Assembly (NCBI GenBank): GCA_016180645.1
Contig: JACPAV010000008.1
Location: forward strand, 62,001-121,011
Direction of reading: 5' to 3'
Source: Nitrospirota bacterium
GTDB taxonomy: Bacteria > JACPQY01
Length of the DNA stretch: 59,011 nucleotides
Shown here: positions 58,468 through 59,011 of the stretch, in pieces
Position numbering within the stretch: the stretch's first letter is position 1
How the letters are laid out: each line of letters starts with the position of its first letter
Made by a program: the position numbers and the translations under genes
The notes under the pieces: model-generated
Databases searched by the model: none
The model's input: the letters and a program-made list of their open reading frames with translations, nothing else
What the model was told of the DNA's origin: nothing

Positions 58468-58806
58468 CTACAACGCGGCTTCGTTCTTCTCGCCGGTACG
58501 GATGCGGACGATCTCGAGCAAGTCGGTGACCCACACCTTTCCATCTCCAATGCGGCCCGTGAGAGCCGTCTTCGTGATGGCCTCCACGATCTTCGGGGCT
58601 TCGGCGTCCGTGCAGGCAATCTCAATCTTCACCTTCGGCATGAAATCGATCTGATACTCGGCCCCCCGGTACTGCTCCGGATGGCCTTTCTGACGTCCGT
58701 ATCCTTTCACTTCGGAGACGGTCATGCCCGCAACGCCCACCTGGCTCAAGGCCTCCTTAACGGAGTCCATCCGGAAAGGCTTGATCACGGCTTCAACTTT
58801 TTTCAT
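58468..58806 (-). CDS. glnB: Nitrogen regulatory protein P-II
   Basis: MKKVEAVIKPF, G.GRQKG...YRGAEY, GRIGDGK, RIRTGE. glnB versus glnK cannot be resolved from the window. Confidence 0.9.
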   Translation of the reverse strand: MKKVEAVIKPFRMDSVKEALSQVGVAGMTVSEVKGYGRQKGHPEQYRGAEYQIDFMPKVKIEIACTDAEAPKIVEAITKTALTGRIGDGKVWVTDLLEIVRIRTGEKNEAAL

Positions 58807-58962
58807 CGCTCACCTCCTCAACCAGGCTCACGGGGTAAGCAGATCATCCTTCGGCTCGCGGCGCAAGTCACGGGTGGAACCCGCCCTCCTGATGGGTGAC
58901 TCTGCTCGTCGGCTAAGCTCGACTTTTGCCATTTTTTGAAAGGTCTATGTTGGTCCTTATGC

Positions 58963-59011
58963 GTAGGGGAGGGTCTTCAGACCCTCCCGACAAGAGGGAG
59001 CATCTGAAGAT
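58963..59011. repeat. GTAG REP doublet, truncated by the window edge
   Basis: GTAGGGGAGGGTCTTCAGACCCTCCC-GACAAGA-GGGAGCATCTGAAGAT; same family as 1059-1116. Confidence 0.82.

Noticed and set aside
58828-58932. Sigma54 promoter or short toxin-like ORF (MAKVELSRRAE...) upstream of P-II
   Set aside because: GG-N10-GC spacing is present but the -12 lacks TTGC; the ORF is 34 aa with no further support.

Overview
GC-rich bacterial chromosome segment. Left to right: a glycogen/alpha-glucan cluster (debranching enzyme running off the left edge and missing from the ORF track, GH63, pfp, glgA, galT, GH57, glgC, then divergent glgP-malQ-glgB) interrupted by a toxin-antitoxin islet; a copper monooxygenase-like lipoprotein; an ECF sigma/anti-sigma/periplasmic sensor/TolC-MacA-MacB operon; housekeeping genes (Fe-S carrier, folE, archease, deacetylase, acyltransferase); an accessory stretch (AAA ATPase, stop-interrupted RelA/SpoT-domain gene, two split-barrel flavoproteins plus a GAF-cyclase-HD protein, DUF4145-like gene, BrnTA); a divergent cbb3-like oxidase cluster; an ~8 kb integrase-primase element in tRNA-Gln(CTG); a large CoA-activase-like gene and P-II. 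Main observations: (1) several short palindromic repeat families, GTAG-tagged REP-like and others, lie in frame inside conserved genes (debranching enzyme, glgP twice, malQ, anti-sigma, macB, archease), and a 67-nt covarying element is nested inside two REP copies; (2) the integrated element duplicates the 5' half of the tRNA and appears to supply a replacement tRNA promoter inside its integrase stop region; (3) an ATPase gene sits between two synonymously diverged copies of an acyltransferase 3' end; (4) an attC-like hairpin has non-canonical cores. All family assignments come from motif recognition by eye; no database searches were run.
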